A stretch of DNA of 25,284 nt from Pseudobdellovibrionaceae bacterium (GCA_044359815.1 JBIKLL010000035.1:1-25284), one strand, 5' to 3'. Positions 1 to 9,812 are shown, counted from the stretch's first letter. Translations and numbers: made by a program. The notes: generated from the letters alone by a model not told the origin.

Positions 1-93
1 GAGTCAAAGCAGGTAAAAGCAAATGATGAAATTCAGATTTCTTTGGCCAATGGTTCAATTGTAGCAACTGTCCGGGAATCAATTAATTCGTAG
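1..93 (+). CDS. xseA: 3' end of exodeoxyribonuclease VII large subunit (partial)
   Basis: Frame 1 reads ESKQVKANDEIQISLANGSIVATVRESINS-stop(91-93). This resembles the XseA C-terminus, and it lies directly upstream of xseB. Not in the ORF track. Confidence 0.8.
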   Translation, partial: ESKQVKANDEIQISLANGSIVATVRESINS

Positions 94-101
94 GAGTGTG
101 T

Positions 102-326
102 ATGGATTTTGAAAAGAACTTAGCTCAGCTTGAAAACATTGTTAAGACGATGGAAAAGGGTGAGGCCAGTTTGGACGAGTCTTTAAAATTATTTGAAGAA
201 GGCGTTAAGCTGTCCCGCCAATGCCAAGAACAGTTAGCTCAGACTGAGGCAAAGGTTAAAAAACTTTTATCAGTTGATGCTTCTGGTAAAGCCGTCGTTG
301 AGGATTTTGATACAGATGCAGAGTGA
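102..326 (+). CDS. xseB: Exodeoxyribonuclease VII small subunit
   Basis: MDFEKNLAQLENIVKTMEKGEASLDESLKLFEEGVKL matches the XseB pattern. AGGAG at 92-96 favours ATG at 102 over the GTG at 96. Confidence 0.93.
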   Translation: MDFEKNLAQLENIVKTMEKGEASLDESLKLFEEGVKLSRQCQEQLAQTEAKVKKLLSVDASGKAVVEDFDTDAE

Positions 327-1125
327 TTTTTTTTCCGATCAGAAAGACAAAATCGATTTGTTTGAAAGCTTTCTGGATCAGTATGTAGATAAAAGACTAT
401 CTGATTTACCAACAGCCTATGTTGATAACATTGTTTACACATTGAAAAATGGTGGTAAAAGATTTCGGCCACTTTTATGTATTTTGATTGCTGATGCCTT
501 TGCGGTGAATCCGCGCAGGGTCCTGCCTTGGGCTTTGGCGATTGAAATGATCCATACTTATTCTTTGATTCACGATGATCTGCCTTGCATGGATAATGAC
601 AGTGTTCGACGTGGCAAACCCAGCCAGCATGTTCAGTTTGGTGAAGGTGTCGCCCTTTTGGCCGGTGATGCGCTTTTAACAGAGGCTTTTTGGGTTTTGA
701 CTGATGGCTTTATCGATCAACCAGAATTGGTATCTGATCTGGTCAGAATTTTATCCGATGCGGCTGGTGGCAGAGGCATGGTTTTTGGACAATATTTAGA
801 TATCACTCAATCAGAAAACAGCTTTCAAAAAATTCACAGTCTTAAAACAGGTATGTTGATCAGAAGTTGTGGATTAGGCTGTGGAAAGATTCTGGGTTTG
901 AATTCTGAGCAATTGAAATTGATCACAGAATTTTGTGAATGTTTGGGATTATCCTTCCAGATCAAAGATGACTTGTTGGATGACACTGATGGATCGCAGT
1001 TATCAGTCAAGCAACAGGCATTAAAACAATCTGATGTTCAGGCAAAGGCTAATTTGGAAAAGTTGTCTCTGGGAAATTCAGGGCTGCATGAGATCATTCA
1101 ATTCAACGAAACCCGGGTGGTTTAA
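316..1125 (+). CDS. ispA: Polyprenyl synthetase (farnesyl-diphosphate synthase, IspA type)
   Basis: Motifs GGKRFRP, EMIHTYSLIHDDLPCMD, RRGKP, AGDALL, GQYLD, KTG and FQIKDDLLD. Start placed at ATG 316 (GAGGA at 300-304), overlapping the xseB end. Confidence 0.9.
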   Translation: MQSDFFSDQKDKIDLFESFLDQYVDKRLSDLPTAYVDNIVYTLKNGGKRFRPLLCILIADAFAVNPRRVLPWALAIEMIHTYSLIHDDLPCMDNDSVRRGKPSQHVQFGEGVALLAGDALLTEAFWVLTDGFIDQPELVSDLVRILSDAAGGRGMVFGQYLDITQSENSFQKIHSLKTGMLIRSCGLGCGKILGLNSEQLKLITEFCECLGLSFQIKDDLLDDTDGSQLSVKQQALKQSDVQAKANLEKLSLGNSGLHEIIQFNETRVV

Positions 1126-1899
1126 ATGGAAAAAACTAGGATTGATATATATTTGGTGCAAAAAGGTTTAGCGCCTTCCAGAACCAAGGCTCAAGAGCTG
1201 ATTCAAAGCGGACTGGTGTCCCTGCAGTTTGGAAACCAGTTAAAACAGGTTATTTCTGCAAATGAACTGGTGGATGAATCGCAGGCTCCCCAAGTGATTT
1301 TGCAAAAGAACGAACTGGAAAAATATGTATCCCGGGCTGGAGTAAAGTTGGCTAAGGCTTTGGATAAGGTGCAATTTAATGTAGAGGGATTAAAGATTTT
1401 GGACGTAGGAATTTCAACTGGTGGATTTACGGATTGCCTGCTGCAAAGAGGCGCAGACAGCATTGTAGGTGTGGATGTTGGCCAAAACCAAATCAGCCCC
1501 AAGCTAAAAAACGATCCCAGAGTCAAATTACTTGAAAAAGTTAACGCCAGAAATCTGCATGAAAATCCTGATGTGCTTAAGGGAAACTTTGATAAGGGGT
1601 TTCATCTGGTTGTTATTGATGTGTCGTTTATTTCTTTGCAAAAGGTTTTGCCCTCGGTACTGCAGCTCGTAAAACCCTGGGGATATGTCTTAGCTTTAGT
1701 AAAACCTCAGTTCGAAGTCGGCGCCGAGAATCTGAATAAAAATGGAATCGTAGTAAATCCGCAATTGTTTGATTCGTTGAAAGACAGTATGATTTCTTTT
1801 TGTAATTTAAATGGACTGAAAGTGATCGATTATTTTGAGTCTGCATTAGAGGGGAAAGATGGGAATCAGGAATTCTTTATTTACGGCAAAAGGGTTTAG
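1126..1899 (+). CDS. tlyA: TlyA-family rRNA 2'-O-methyltransferase (S4 + FtsJ domains)
   Basis: S4-like RIDIYLVQKGLAPSRTKAQELI; YVSRAGVKL; DVGISTGGFTDCLLQRGA; DVSFISL; LVKPQFE; GKDGNQEF. Confidence 0.93.
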   Translation: MEKTRIDIYLVQKGLAPSRTKAQELIQSGLVSLQFGNQLKQVISANELVDESQAPQVILQKNELEKYVSRAGVKLAKALDKVQFNVEGLKILDVGISTGGFTDCLLQRGADSIVGVDVGQNQISPKLKNDPRVKLLEKVNARNLHENPDVLKGNFDKGFHLVVIDVSFISLQKVLPSVLQLVKPWGYVLALVKPQFEVGAENLNKNGIVVNPQLFDSLKDSMISFCNLNGLKVIDYFESALEGKDGNQEFFIYGKRV

Positions 1900-2857
1900 T
1901 TTAACGATTTTATTTTTGGCCATTCTGTCTGGATGTCAGAGCGTCAGAAAAACTGATGTTCCTGTCAATCAACCAGCGACCGAAGTTTACACCACGACAA
2001 AATCTGGAGTGATCGAAGAGCCACAAAAGGCCCCGGATGTCCCAACACAAGCAGCTGTTCCCAGCACGACAAATACCGAAGATCCTAAAAAATCAGTTAA
2101 TACTAAACTGGCTGTGATTCTAGGGCCAGGGGGATTTGGGACCTATTCTCAGATTGGATTCTTACAGGGATTGCAAAAATCAAAAATCAGAATCGATTAT
2201 ATTTCGGGTATTGAATTTGGTTCCTTGGTAGCTGCTATGTTTGCAAAAAAGGGCCAGGGCTTTGATGTTGAATGGCAAATGATGAAGCTTGAACCCGATG
2301 TTGTTTTAAAAACTTCAATGTTATCCAGTGACTCAAGGGCTCAGAAAATCAATGTTATGATGCCGTTTTTAAAAGAAGCCTTTCAGGGCAGTACCGTTGA
2401 AAATTCCAAAGTTCCTTTTGTTTGCCCAGCATTAAATATTCAAAAGCAAACTGTGTTTTTTATGAACCGCGGTGGCTATGCTGAGCTGCTGCCATTTTGT
2501 ATACCAATGTTTCCGTTTTTTGAACCTTATCAGGACAATGTAGCCAATGTTCTGGGAGCAAAAGCTCTGGCCGATCATTTGCGGACAAAAGGGGCTCACA
2601 AAATTATTTTTGTAAATGTATTGCCCAGTAAGTCCATGATGAAACTTAAGGGCGCCAGCAAAGAAACTGAAACTTTTTGGAATCAAATCAGTTACACAAT
2701 ATCCAGACATTTGGATGGCATTGATTATGTGGTTCAGATTCCGTTAGGGGATTCGGCTTTTCTGTCCGCCAGCCAAAGACGAGAGTTTATCAAGCAGGGC
2801 CAACTGGCTGGTCAGCAATTTGGTGAAGTGCTTCTGACAAAAATAAATCAACAATAG
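1859..2857 (+). CDS. Lipoprotein with patatin-like domain, catalytic motifs degenerate
   Basis: Lipobox LSGC; Pro/Thr-rich linker; patatin-like KLAVILGPGGFG..QIGFLQGL..IDYISGIEFGSLVAAMFA. GxSxG is replaced by GIEFG and no DGG motif is present. Start overlaps tlyA by 41 nt. Confidence 0.75.
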   Translation: MGIRNSLFTAKGFSLTILFLAILSGCQSVRKTDVPVNQPATEVYTTTKSGVIEEPQKAPDVPTQAAVPSTTNTEDPKKSVNTKLAVILGPGGFGTYSQIGFLQGLQKSKIRIDYISGIEFGSLVAAMFAKKGQGFDVEWQMMKLEPDVVLKTSMLSSDSRAQKINVMMPFLKEAFQGSTVENSKVPFVCPALNIQKQTVFFMNRGGYAELLPFCIPMFPFFEPYQDNVANVLGAKALADHLRTKGAHKIIFVNVLPSKSMMKLKGASKETETFWNQISYTISRHLDGIDYVVQIPLGDSAFLSASQRREFIKQGQLAGQQFGEVLLTKINQQ

Positions 2858-2868
2858 TAAGGATTTTT

Positions 2869-4194
2869 ATGAGAACACCTCTTGAGGATGTAAAAATATT
2901 TTCTGCCCGTAGGGTGGCGGCGGGAGTTCAAATGCAGGGTTCTGCTATGATTCTGTCATCACCACAAGAATTTGTCAGAAACGGATCCGTGCCTCATCCA
3001 TTCAGACAAGATTCCAATTTATATTACATGACCGGTTTTGAAGAGCCAGAAACCATATTTATATTTAGACCAGGTCATAACCCTGAAACTGTTTTATTTG
3101 TTAGAACCAAGGATCCAGAGCGTGAAACTTGGGATGGGTTCAGGTACGGCGTCGAGGGTGCCAAAGAACATTTTCGAATGGATAAAGTTTTACCCATTGA
3201 TGAGTTTCTGAAAGAAGCTCCAAAGTTACTTAAGGGCATTGATAAATTGTACTATCGGTATTTCAAAAATCTGCACACAGATCATTTGGTCAATGAGACT
3301 CTTAAAACAATTAAGATAAATCAAGGACGCACAGGTTTTGGATTGATTCCCGTTTATGATTCAGACGAATTTATCGGTGAATTCAGGCTGAGAAAAACTG
3401 CAGTCGATATTGAGAATTTAAAAAAAGCCTGCGAAATCACAGCTGAGTCTCATGTAGAAGTTATGAAATACGTAAAGCCTGGGATGACCGAGCGACAAAT
3501 TCACGGATATTTTATTTATCAAATATTAAAACGAGGAGCCGCTCGAGAAGGCTATAATGGAATCGTCGCTGGTGGAAATAATGCTACAACCTTGCATTAT
3601 GTCTTTAATGATCAACCATTAAAAGCTGGCGAAATGTTGTTGATAGATGCAGCTGGTGAATACAAATATTTTACTGGCGACATCACAAGAACCTATCCAA
3701 TCAATAAGCTTTTTACCACCGAACAGGAAATAATTTATTCAAAGGTTTTAGATGTTCAAAAAGCCGTCGTTGCCAGCGTTAAACCCGGTGTTAAATTTCA
3801 AAGCTTACAAGAAATGGCCACTGACATGTTAGTAGAAGCTTTGTTGGATTTGGGGTTTTTGACAGGCAGAAAATCAGATATTATTTCCAGTGGTGAACAT
3901 AAAAAATATTATCCCCATGGTGTGGGTCATTTTTTAGGTATGGATGTGCATGATTCAGGATTGTATTTTGATAAAAAAACCAATGAACCTAGAGCTATTG
4001 AAGAAAACATGACATTCACAGTAGAGCCTGGATTGTATTTTCCTGCCGACGATCAATCTATACCCGCTAAATTTCGCGGTATCGGCGTGCGAATCGAAGA
4101 CAATATCAGGGTTACTTATTCAGGACCAGACAACATGACCGTTAAAGCGCCTAAGGAAATTCAGGATTTACTGAAAATTGTTGGATCAGCATAG
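2869..4194 (+). CDS. pepP: Xaa-Pro aminopeptidase (aminopeptidase P, M24B)
   Basis: FRQDSNLYYMTGFEEP; metal-site motifs LIDAAGE, GDITRT, HGVGHFLGMDVHD, TVEPGLY, GVRIEDN. SD-like AAGGA upstream. Confidence 0.93.
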   Translation: MRTPLEDVKIFSARRVAAGVQMQGSAMILSSPQEFVRNGSVPHPFRQDSNLYYMTGFEEPETIFIFRPGHNPETVLFVRTKDPERETWDGFRYGVEGAKEHFRMDKVLPIDEFLKEAPKLLKGIDKLYYRYFKNLHTDHLVNETLKTIKINQGRTGFGLIPVYDSDEFIGEFRLRKTAVDIENLKKACEITAESHVEVMKYVKPGMTERQIHGYFIYQILKRGAAREGYNGIVAGGNNATTLHYVFNDQPLKAGEMLLIDAAGEYKYFTGDITRTYPINKLFTTEQEIIYSKVLDVQKAVVASVKPGVKFQSLQEMATDMLVEALLDLGFLTGRKSDIISSGEHKKYYPHGVGHFLGMDVHDSGLYFDKKTNEPRAIEENMTFTVEPGLYFPADDQSIPAKFRGIGVRIEDNIRVTYSGPDNMTVKAPKEIQDLLKIVGSA

Positions 4195-4943
4195 AAGTGG
4201 TGCTTGATCCAATCTAATTTTTTACAGTAATCAAAAAGCTTTTTTTCGCTTTCAAATAATTCATCAGATGGTTTTGATGATCCCACGGCAATTTTAAATT
4301 TAGAAGAAGATTCTATCAGCGCGATATCCCCATGGGTGTTTCCACAACAAAGAAATGGGGCTTTGCCGTTGGTAGCCAACAACAAGGTTTTGGCTTTGCC
4401 GTCTTTCCAGGTGACTGGCAATACCGGAATATCAGTAATCATTCCGCTTTCAACCTTGGTGCAAACGCCGAGGACGTTTTCGTAGTCGATGCCCAGCTGC
4501 AGTGCGCCCGGTTCCACTGACCATTTTATTGAAGCCGTTACGACATAAACTTTAACCCCATGCCCTTTCAGAAATCCGATCAAAGCTTTTTGAGGTTCAA
4601 AAAAAGGAACGGGCTCCATTGTTTGAGTAAATGCTTTAGCCCATTGACGGACCTGATCCAAGCTGTGTCCTGCATTGATTTGCGCAAGCCACATAAAGGC
4701 TTTCTGAGGATCCCCTGTTTCCTTTTCATCGCGATAAAATCTCCAAGGGTCTTTGGGCAGATTTTTCAGTTGGCAGTTTTTAAACTGCCACATAGAAAAG
4801 CTTTCGCCCACGTCAGCATCCCAAATTGTGCCATCAGCATCGAAGGCTGCAATCAGAGGCTCGCTAGGATTTTGTTTTTTATGATCCAGAATGTGTTTCT
4901 CCAGATCGTTCCAAAATTGCTGAGTATAGTTTTTTTGCTTCAT
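4161..4943 (-). CDS. HAD-superfamily hydrolase (phosphatase)
   Basis: Motif I AFDADGTIW, motif II VVTAS, motif III GKAK, motif IV variant GNTHGD. 3' end overlaps pepP convergently by 34 nt. Confidence 0.85.
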   Translation of the reverse strand: MKQKNYTQQFWNDLEKHILDHKKQNPSEPLIAAFDADGTIWDADVGESFSMWQFKNCQLKNLPKDPWRFYRDEKETGDPQKAFMWLAQINAGHSLDQVRQWAKAFTQTMEPVPFFEPQKALIGFLKGHGVKVYVVTASIKWSVEPGALQLGIDYENVLGVCTKVESGMITDIPVLPVTWKDGKAKTLLLATNGKAPFLCCGNTHGDIALIESSSKFKIAVGSSKPSDELFESEKKLFDYCKKLDWIKHHFYADPTIFSKS

Positions 4944-4995
4944 AGCTTGCCAGTTTAAGGTTGTTTCAATAATACTTCAATCAAGGAGAATCAAT

Positions 4996-5469
4996 TTGTC
5001 CCTGTACTTGCAAGTGATCGATACAAAAGATATCGAAGAAATCATTGCCTTCGAAGAGCGAAAGCTTCAAGAAAGCATTTCCAACCCATTTGATCAAAAA
5101 ATGGCTGCCTGGAATGCTCGTTGGCGCCGTGAGTCCTTGGAGCATTATATCCCCTTGGGATGGAGTTTTTTGGCTCGTGATAAAGAATCCAGCTCTGTAA
5201 ATGCTGATGGAACCTTGGTTGGATATATTTTGTGTCAGCCAATGGTTTTTGTTGATGGGCAAACCCAGTCATTGTGGGTGGAACACATCCAATATGCCTC
5301 ATTACAAGCGAGGGATGAACTTTGTGATTTGGCTGTCAGGTTGTCCAAGGAAAAGCATTTTCAAAAAGTCATCTTCCCATCAGTGGGCTCAATTTCCAAT
5401 GCCATTAAATCCTATGGTGCCGACACATGGACACCTCAGATGCTTCAGGTAAAGACCACTAAAACATGA
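4996..5469 (+). CDS. Hypothetical protein, probable GNAT-like fold
   Basis: TTG start after AAGGAG. The pattern DIEEIIAFE..SFLARD..GTLVGYIL..LWVEHI resembles GNAT strands, but there is no clear R/QxxGxG/A acetyl-CoA motif. ATGA overlap with glpD. Confidence 0.6.
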   Translation: MSLYLQVIDTKDIEEIIAFEERKLQESISNPFDQKMAAWNARWRRESLEHYIPLGWSFLARDKESSSVNADGTLVGYILCQPMVFVDGQTQSLWVEHIQYASLQARDELCDLAVRLSKEKHFQKVIFPSVGSISNAIKSYGADTWTPQMLQVKTTKT

Positions 5470-7103
5470 AACCATTTTCGGCCTCCGACAGAACCGAAGA
5501 ACTGCAGAAACTAAAGGGGCAAAGTTTTGATCTGATTGTGGTTGGCGGTGGAATCACGGGCGCAGGAGTCGCCAGGGATGCTGCTCAGCGGGGAATGAAG
5601 GTCGTTTTGCTAGAGCAAAATGACTTTGCTTCAGGAACCAGCTCCAGATCCAGTAAACTGATTCATGGTGGCATTAGGTATTTAGAAAATCTGGATTTTA
5701 AATTGGTTTTCGAAGCACTTAGCGAGCGACGAAACCTTTTTACGATGGCGCCTCATTTAGTTCATCCTCTGCGGTTTTTAATACCTCTGTATAAAAAAGG
5801 CCGAGTGGGGATGTTTAAAATGGGCCTGGGCATGTGGTTTTACGATGCCCTATCATTGTTTGAAGCTCCTGAAATGCACGAACATCTGAACACGATGGAG
5901 GCCATTGGCAGAATTCCTTCATTGCAACCCAATGAGCTGATGGGGGCGTACGAGTATTCGGATGCTTACATGGATGATGATCGCTTGGTTCATGAAACAC
6001 TGAGATCTGCGAACCACTATGGAGCTCACTGTTTTAATTATTTGCAGGTTCAAAGTTTTCTGTACGACAAATCCGGTAAAGCCAACGGTGTTATTGCAAA
6101 AGATAAAATTTCAAACAGTGAAATTCAGTTTTCTGCTGAACACATTGTTTCGTGTTTGGGGCCTTGGACGGATCAGTTTGCTAATGAAAAAATTAAATCT
6201 TGGAAAACAGTATTGCGTCCCACTAAGGGTGTTCACATAACCTTTTCACGTGATCGATTGCCGCTTTCAAGAGCCGTTGTTATGGCTGCAGAAAAACGCA
6301 TCGTGTTTGCCATCCCCAGACATGAAATGGCAATCATCGGCACCACGGACACTGATTTTCGCAGCAGTCCGGATTCAGTTGGTGCTGACGTTTCAGATAT
6401 TGATTATTTGTTAAAAGTAACGGCAGATTATTTTCCCGGAGCAAAAATCACCAAGTCAGATATTATTGCCTCTTACGCAGGGGTGCGGCCTTTGATCAAT
6501 GATGGTGCCGATTCCGAGGGTAAAACTTCCCGGGAGCATTTGATCTATCAACACGACAACAAAATAATTTTTGTCGCTGGTGGCAAATACACTACCTATC
6601 GATTGATGGCTGAACAAGTGGTTGAAAAAGTTTTATCAAATATGACCCTTGAAGACAGATATAAGTTTTCGTTTTCAAAATCCAAAGAACCCCTGAATCC
6701 CTTGGCCACTGAGGAAATTATGAATCAGCGATCACGGATTATTTCAGAGCTCAGTCAGTATAAAAATTTATCTGAATATGAAAATCAAAAGCTAGCTGAT
6801 CGCTTTGGTCAGGAGGCCCTGGAAATTCGAAATCGATATCCAACAAATTGGAATTATTTTCAGATTGAAGCGGCCCATGCAATTGAACACACGCGTTGTA
6901 TGAATATTTTAGATTTTTATGCCCGAAGAGCTCCATTGATTTTATCTCTGGCAGATCATGGAATTTCCCAGTTTCAGAGTGTGTTTGAAGTTTTTAAAAC
7001 CCTTCTTTCTGAATCAAAATTTTCTGAATCCGAACAGAAAAAATTATTGCAAGATCACATCAGCCGAGAATTACACTGGAAATTTGCTGACGCACATCAT
7101 TGA
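5466..7103 (+). CDS. glpD: FAD-dependent glycerol-3-phosphate dehydrogenase
   Basis: FDLIVVGGGITGAGVARDAA, DFASGTSSRSSKLIHGGIRYLE, KGVHI, IGTTD, YAGVRPL, GGKYTTYRLMAE. Confidence 0.93.
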   Translation: MKPFSASDRTEELQKLKGQSFDLIVVGGGITGAGVARDAAQRGMKVVLLEQNDFASGTSSRSSKLIHGGIRYLENLDFKLVFEALSERRNLFTMAPHLVHPLRFLIPLYKKGRVGMFKMGLGMWFYDALSLFEAPEMHEHLNTMEAIGRIPSLQPNELMGAYEYSDAYMDDDRLVHETLRSANHYGAHCFNYLQVQSFLYDKSGKANGVIAKDKISNSEIQFSAEHIVSCLGPWTDQFANEKIKSWKTVLRPTKGVHITFSRDRLPLSRAVVMAAEKRIVFAIPRHEMAIIGTTDTDFRSSPDSVGADVSDIDYLLKVTADYFPGAKITKSDIIASYAGVRPLINDGADSEGKTSREHLIYQHDNKIIFVAGGKYTTYRLMAEQVVEKVLSNMTLEDRYKFSFSKSKEPLNPLATEEIMNQRSRIISELSQYKNLSEYENQKLADRFGQEALEIRNRYPTNWNYFQIEAAHAIEHTRCMNILDFYARRAPLILSLADHGISQFQSVFEVFKTLLSESKFSESEQKKLLQDHISRELHWKFADAHH

Positions 7104-7122
7104 AATTAGCTAACCAAGCGCA

Positions 7123-7151
7123 TTGACTCTCGTTTTTTGAATGTCTATGCT
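7123..7151 (+). promoter_or_regulatory. Putative sigma70 promoter for mreB
   Basis: TTGACT (7123-7128), 17-nt spacer, TATGCT (7146-7151), in the glpD-mreB gap. Confidence 0.6.
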
Positions 7152-7194
7152 GGGCCTGTTTTAAATTCTAATAATAAATTTCTTGGTGGTGTAA

Positions 7195-8238
<1,044 letters not shown>

Positions 8239-8250
8239 TTTTTAACAGCA

Positions 8251-8715
8251 ATGATTGATCAATCGCATGTAAAAATCATTTCTGTTTATTTTCACTTGTT
8301 GGTTTGCAACCAAGACTTGGCAATGGATTTATCAAACAAAGCATTTAATCTGTTTTTAAATAGCACAAATAAAAATCCCAAAGAAAATCCTGAAATTCTA
8401 ATCGTTGAAATTTGCCATAGGCTATCTAAGGATTTAAATCTGTCAAAATGCATTGAGGACAATTTTAAGTTTAATAAACAGTGGCTCAATTCACAAAAAA
8501 TCGAACTATCCAATTGGATCGAATTTGCAAAAACCACTAATCCGGAAATTGTAATGACAACCTTGTGGTGTTTGGTTCTTGAGGTTGGCTACGATTTGGT
8601 AGCCAAAGCTATGAATTTGTCAGAAGGCACCGTCAGATTTAGACTTGGACTGGCCACCCGAAAATTGGGATACATTGTTTCTAAAAACTCTGTCAGGCAG
8701 ATGTCACTATTATGA
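8251..8715 (+). CDS. Degenerate ECF-type sigma factor-like protein
   Basis: C-terminal YDLVAKAMNLSEGTVRFRLGLATRKL fits ECF region 4.2. NQDLAMDLSNKAF is a weak match to region 2 (DAEDLxQExF). Size 154 aa; ATGA-coupled to the next gene. Confidence 0.65.
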   Translation: MIDQSHVKIISVYFHLLVCNQDLAMDLSNKAFNLFLNSTNKNPKENPEILIVEICHRLSKDLNLSKCIEDNFKFNKQWLNSQKIELSNWIEFAKTTNPEIVMTTLWCLVLEVGYDLVAKAMNLSEGTVRFRLGLATRKLGYIVSKNSVRQMSLL

Positions 8716-9812
8716 ATTTTGAACTCAACTATTCCAAAAAAGAAAAACGGGAACTGTCGCCTTTTTTAGCCAAGGAATTGTTGTTTGATTATTTGGTTGG
8801 GACTCTTGATGAGGATCGAGCCAAAGCAGTTGAACAAGTGTTAAAGCAATCTCAAGAACTAAAGTCTGAACTGGAAAAGGTTAAACAAGGATTGCATTTT
8901 TTTAAACAGTTTGAAGGCCTGGCTCCTGACAAAGAAATCATTGAACAAATTATTGTTCCTAATTCACTGTCTTATAAGCTTCTGAAAATTTTGAAATTTG
9001 AAGAATGGCCTGATTCTTACAGGTGGGCCCTTGAAGCTGTATTGGCCGGAATCGTGATTTTTATGATCGCTGTTGTGGTTCCTTGGCATAGATTGATTTC
9101 AATGACATGGAATCAATCAACACAAATTGTTTTATCTGAATACAATAAAACCGCCGAAACCATGACAGCTGAAAAAGACATCAGTCCCCCAAGCACTCAG
9201 GTTGAAGTCAAAAACAACGTTGCTGTAATTCAAGATAATTCAGAAAACGAAAGCCCTGCACCCAGCAATTCGCAATCTGCTGACACTCCAATAGCTGCAG
9301 TCAATGTTGCGCCTAAGGTAGAGCAAGCGGCAGAACCTAAAAGTGAAACTGATAAACTGATCACTCCGACAACAATTTCTAGACCTAAAGCCTTACAAGG
9401 TTTTTTGTTCAGAGGGACAGCGACAATACCATCAATCGGGAATATCAATTCTCAGTTGGTTGCAAAACTAACCGAGATGGGTGCCCAAAAGGCTGGTCAA
9501 GTCGATATCGGCCGACTGAAAGGCACTACCAGTTATTATCACTTTAGTATTGCTGAACGTGAGCTTGAAGAAGTTAAAAAATTATTTTTTCAATACGGGT
9601 CGTTGGACTTGAGAAAAGAAAAACACGACAGGGTCATGCCTGAAGGTACAGTCAGAATAATAATTGAAGTTAGTGAAGAACAAGCGCAGAATAATACTAG
9701 GAAAAAAGACAAAGTAGCTCCAAAAAATGAAGCAACTGAAGGTGAAGCAAATACCAATGTGGATCAACTCATTCCTCCTGACAACGCTGAACCCGAACCA
9801 CCGTCACAGTAG
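8712..9812 (+). CDS. Anti-sigma-like bitopic membrane protein
   Basis: N-terminal ELLFDYLVGTLDEDRAKAVEQVLKQSQELKSEL resembles zf-HC2/anti-sigma domains without the His/Cys ligands. One TM helix (AVLAGIVIFMIAVVVPW), a low-complexity linker and a C-terminal globular domain follow. Confidence 0.6.
   Translation: MNFELNYSKKEKRELSPFLAKELLFDYLVGTLDEDRAKAVEQVLKQSQELKSELEKVKQGLHFFKQFEGLAPDKEIIEQIIVPNSLSYKLLKILKFEEWPDSYRWALEAVLAGIVIFMIAVVVPWHRLISMTWNQSTQIVLSEYNKTAETMTAEKDISPPSTQVEVKNNVAVIQDNSENESPAPSNSQSADTPIAAVNVAPKVEQAAEPKSETDKLITPTTISRPKALQGFLFRGTATIPSIGNINSQLVAKLTEMGAQKAGQVDIGRLKGTTSYYHFSIAERELEEVKKLFFQYGSLDLRKEKHDRVMPEGTVRIIIEVSEEQAQNNTRKKDKVAPKNEATEGEANTNVDQLIPPDNAEPEPPSQ

Noticed and set aside
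274..315. Extended ispA N-terminus from the ORF track
   Set aside because: Overlaps xseB deeply; ATG 316 has an SD-like sequence and gives a normal N-terminus.
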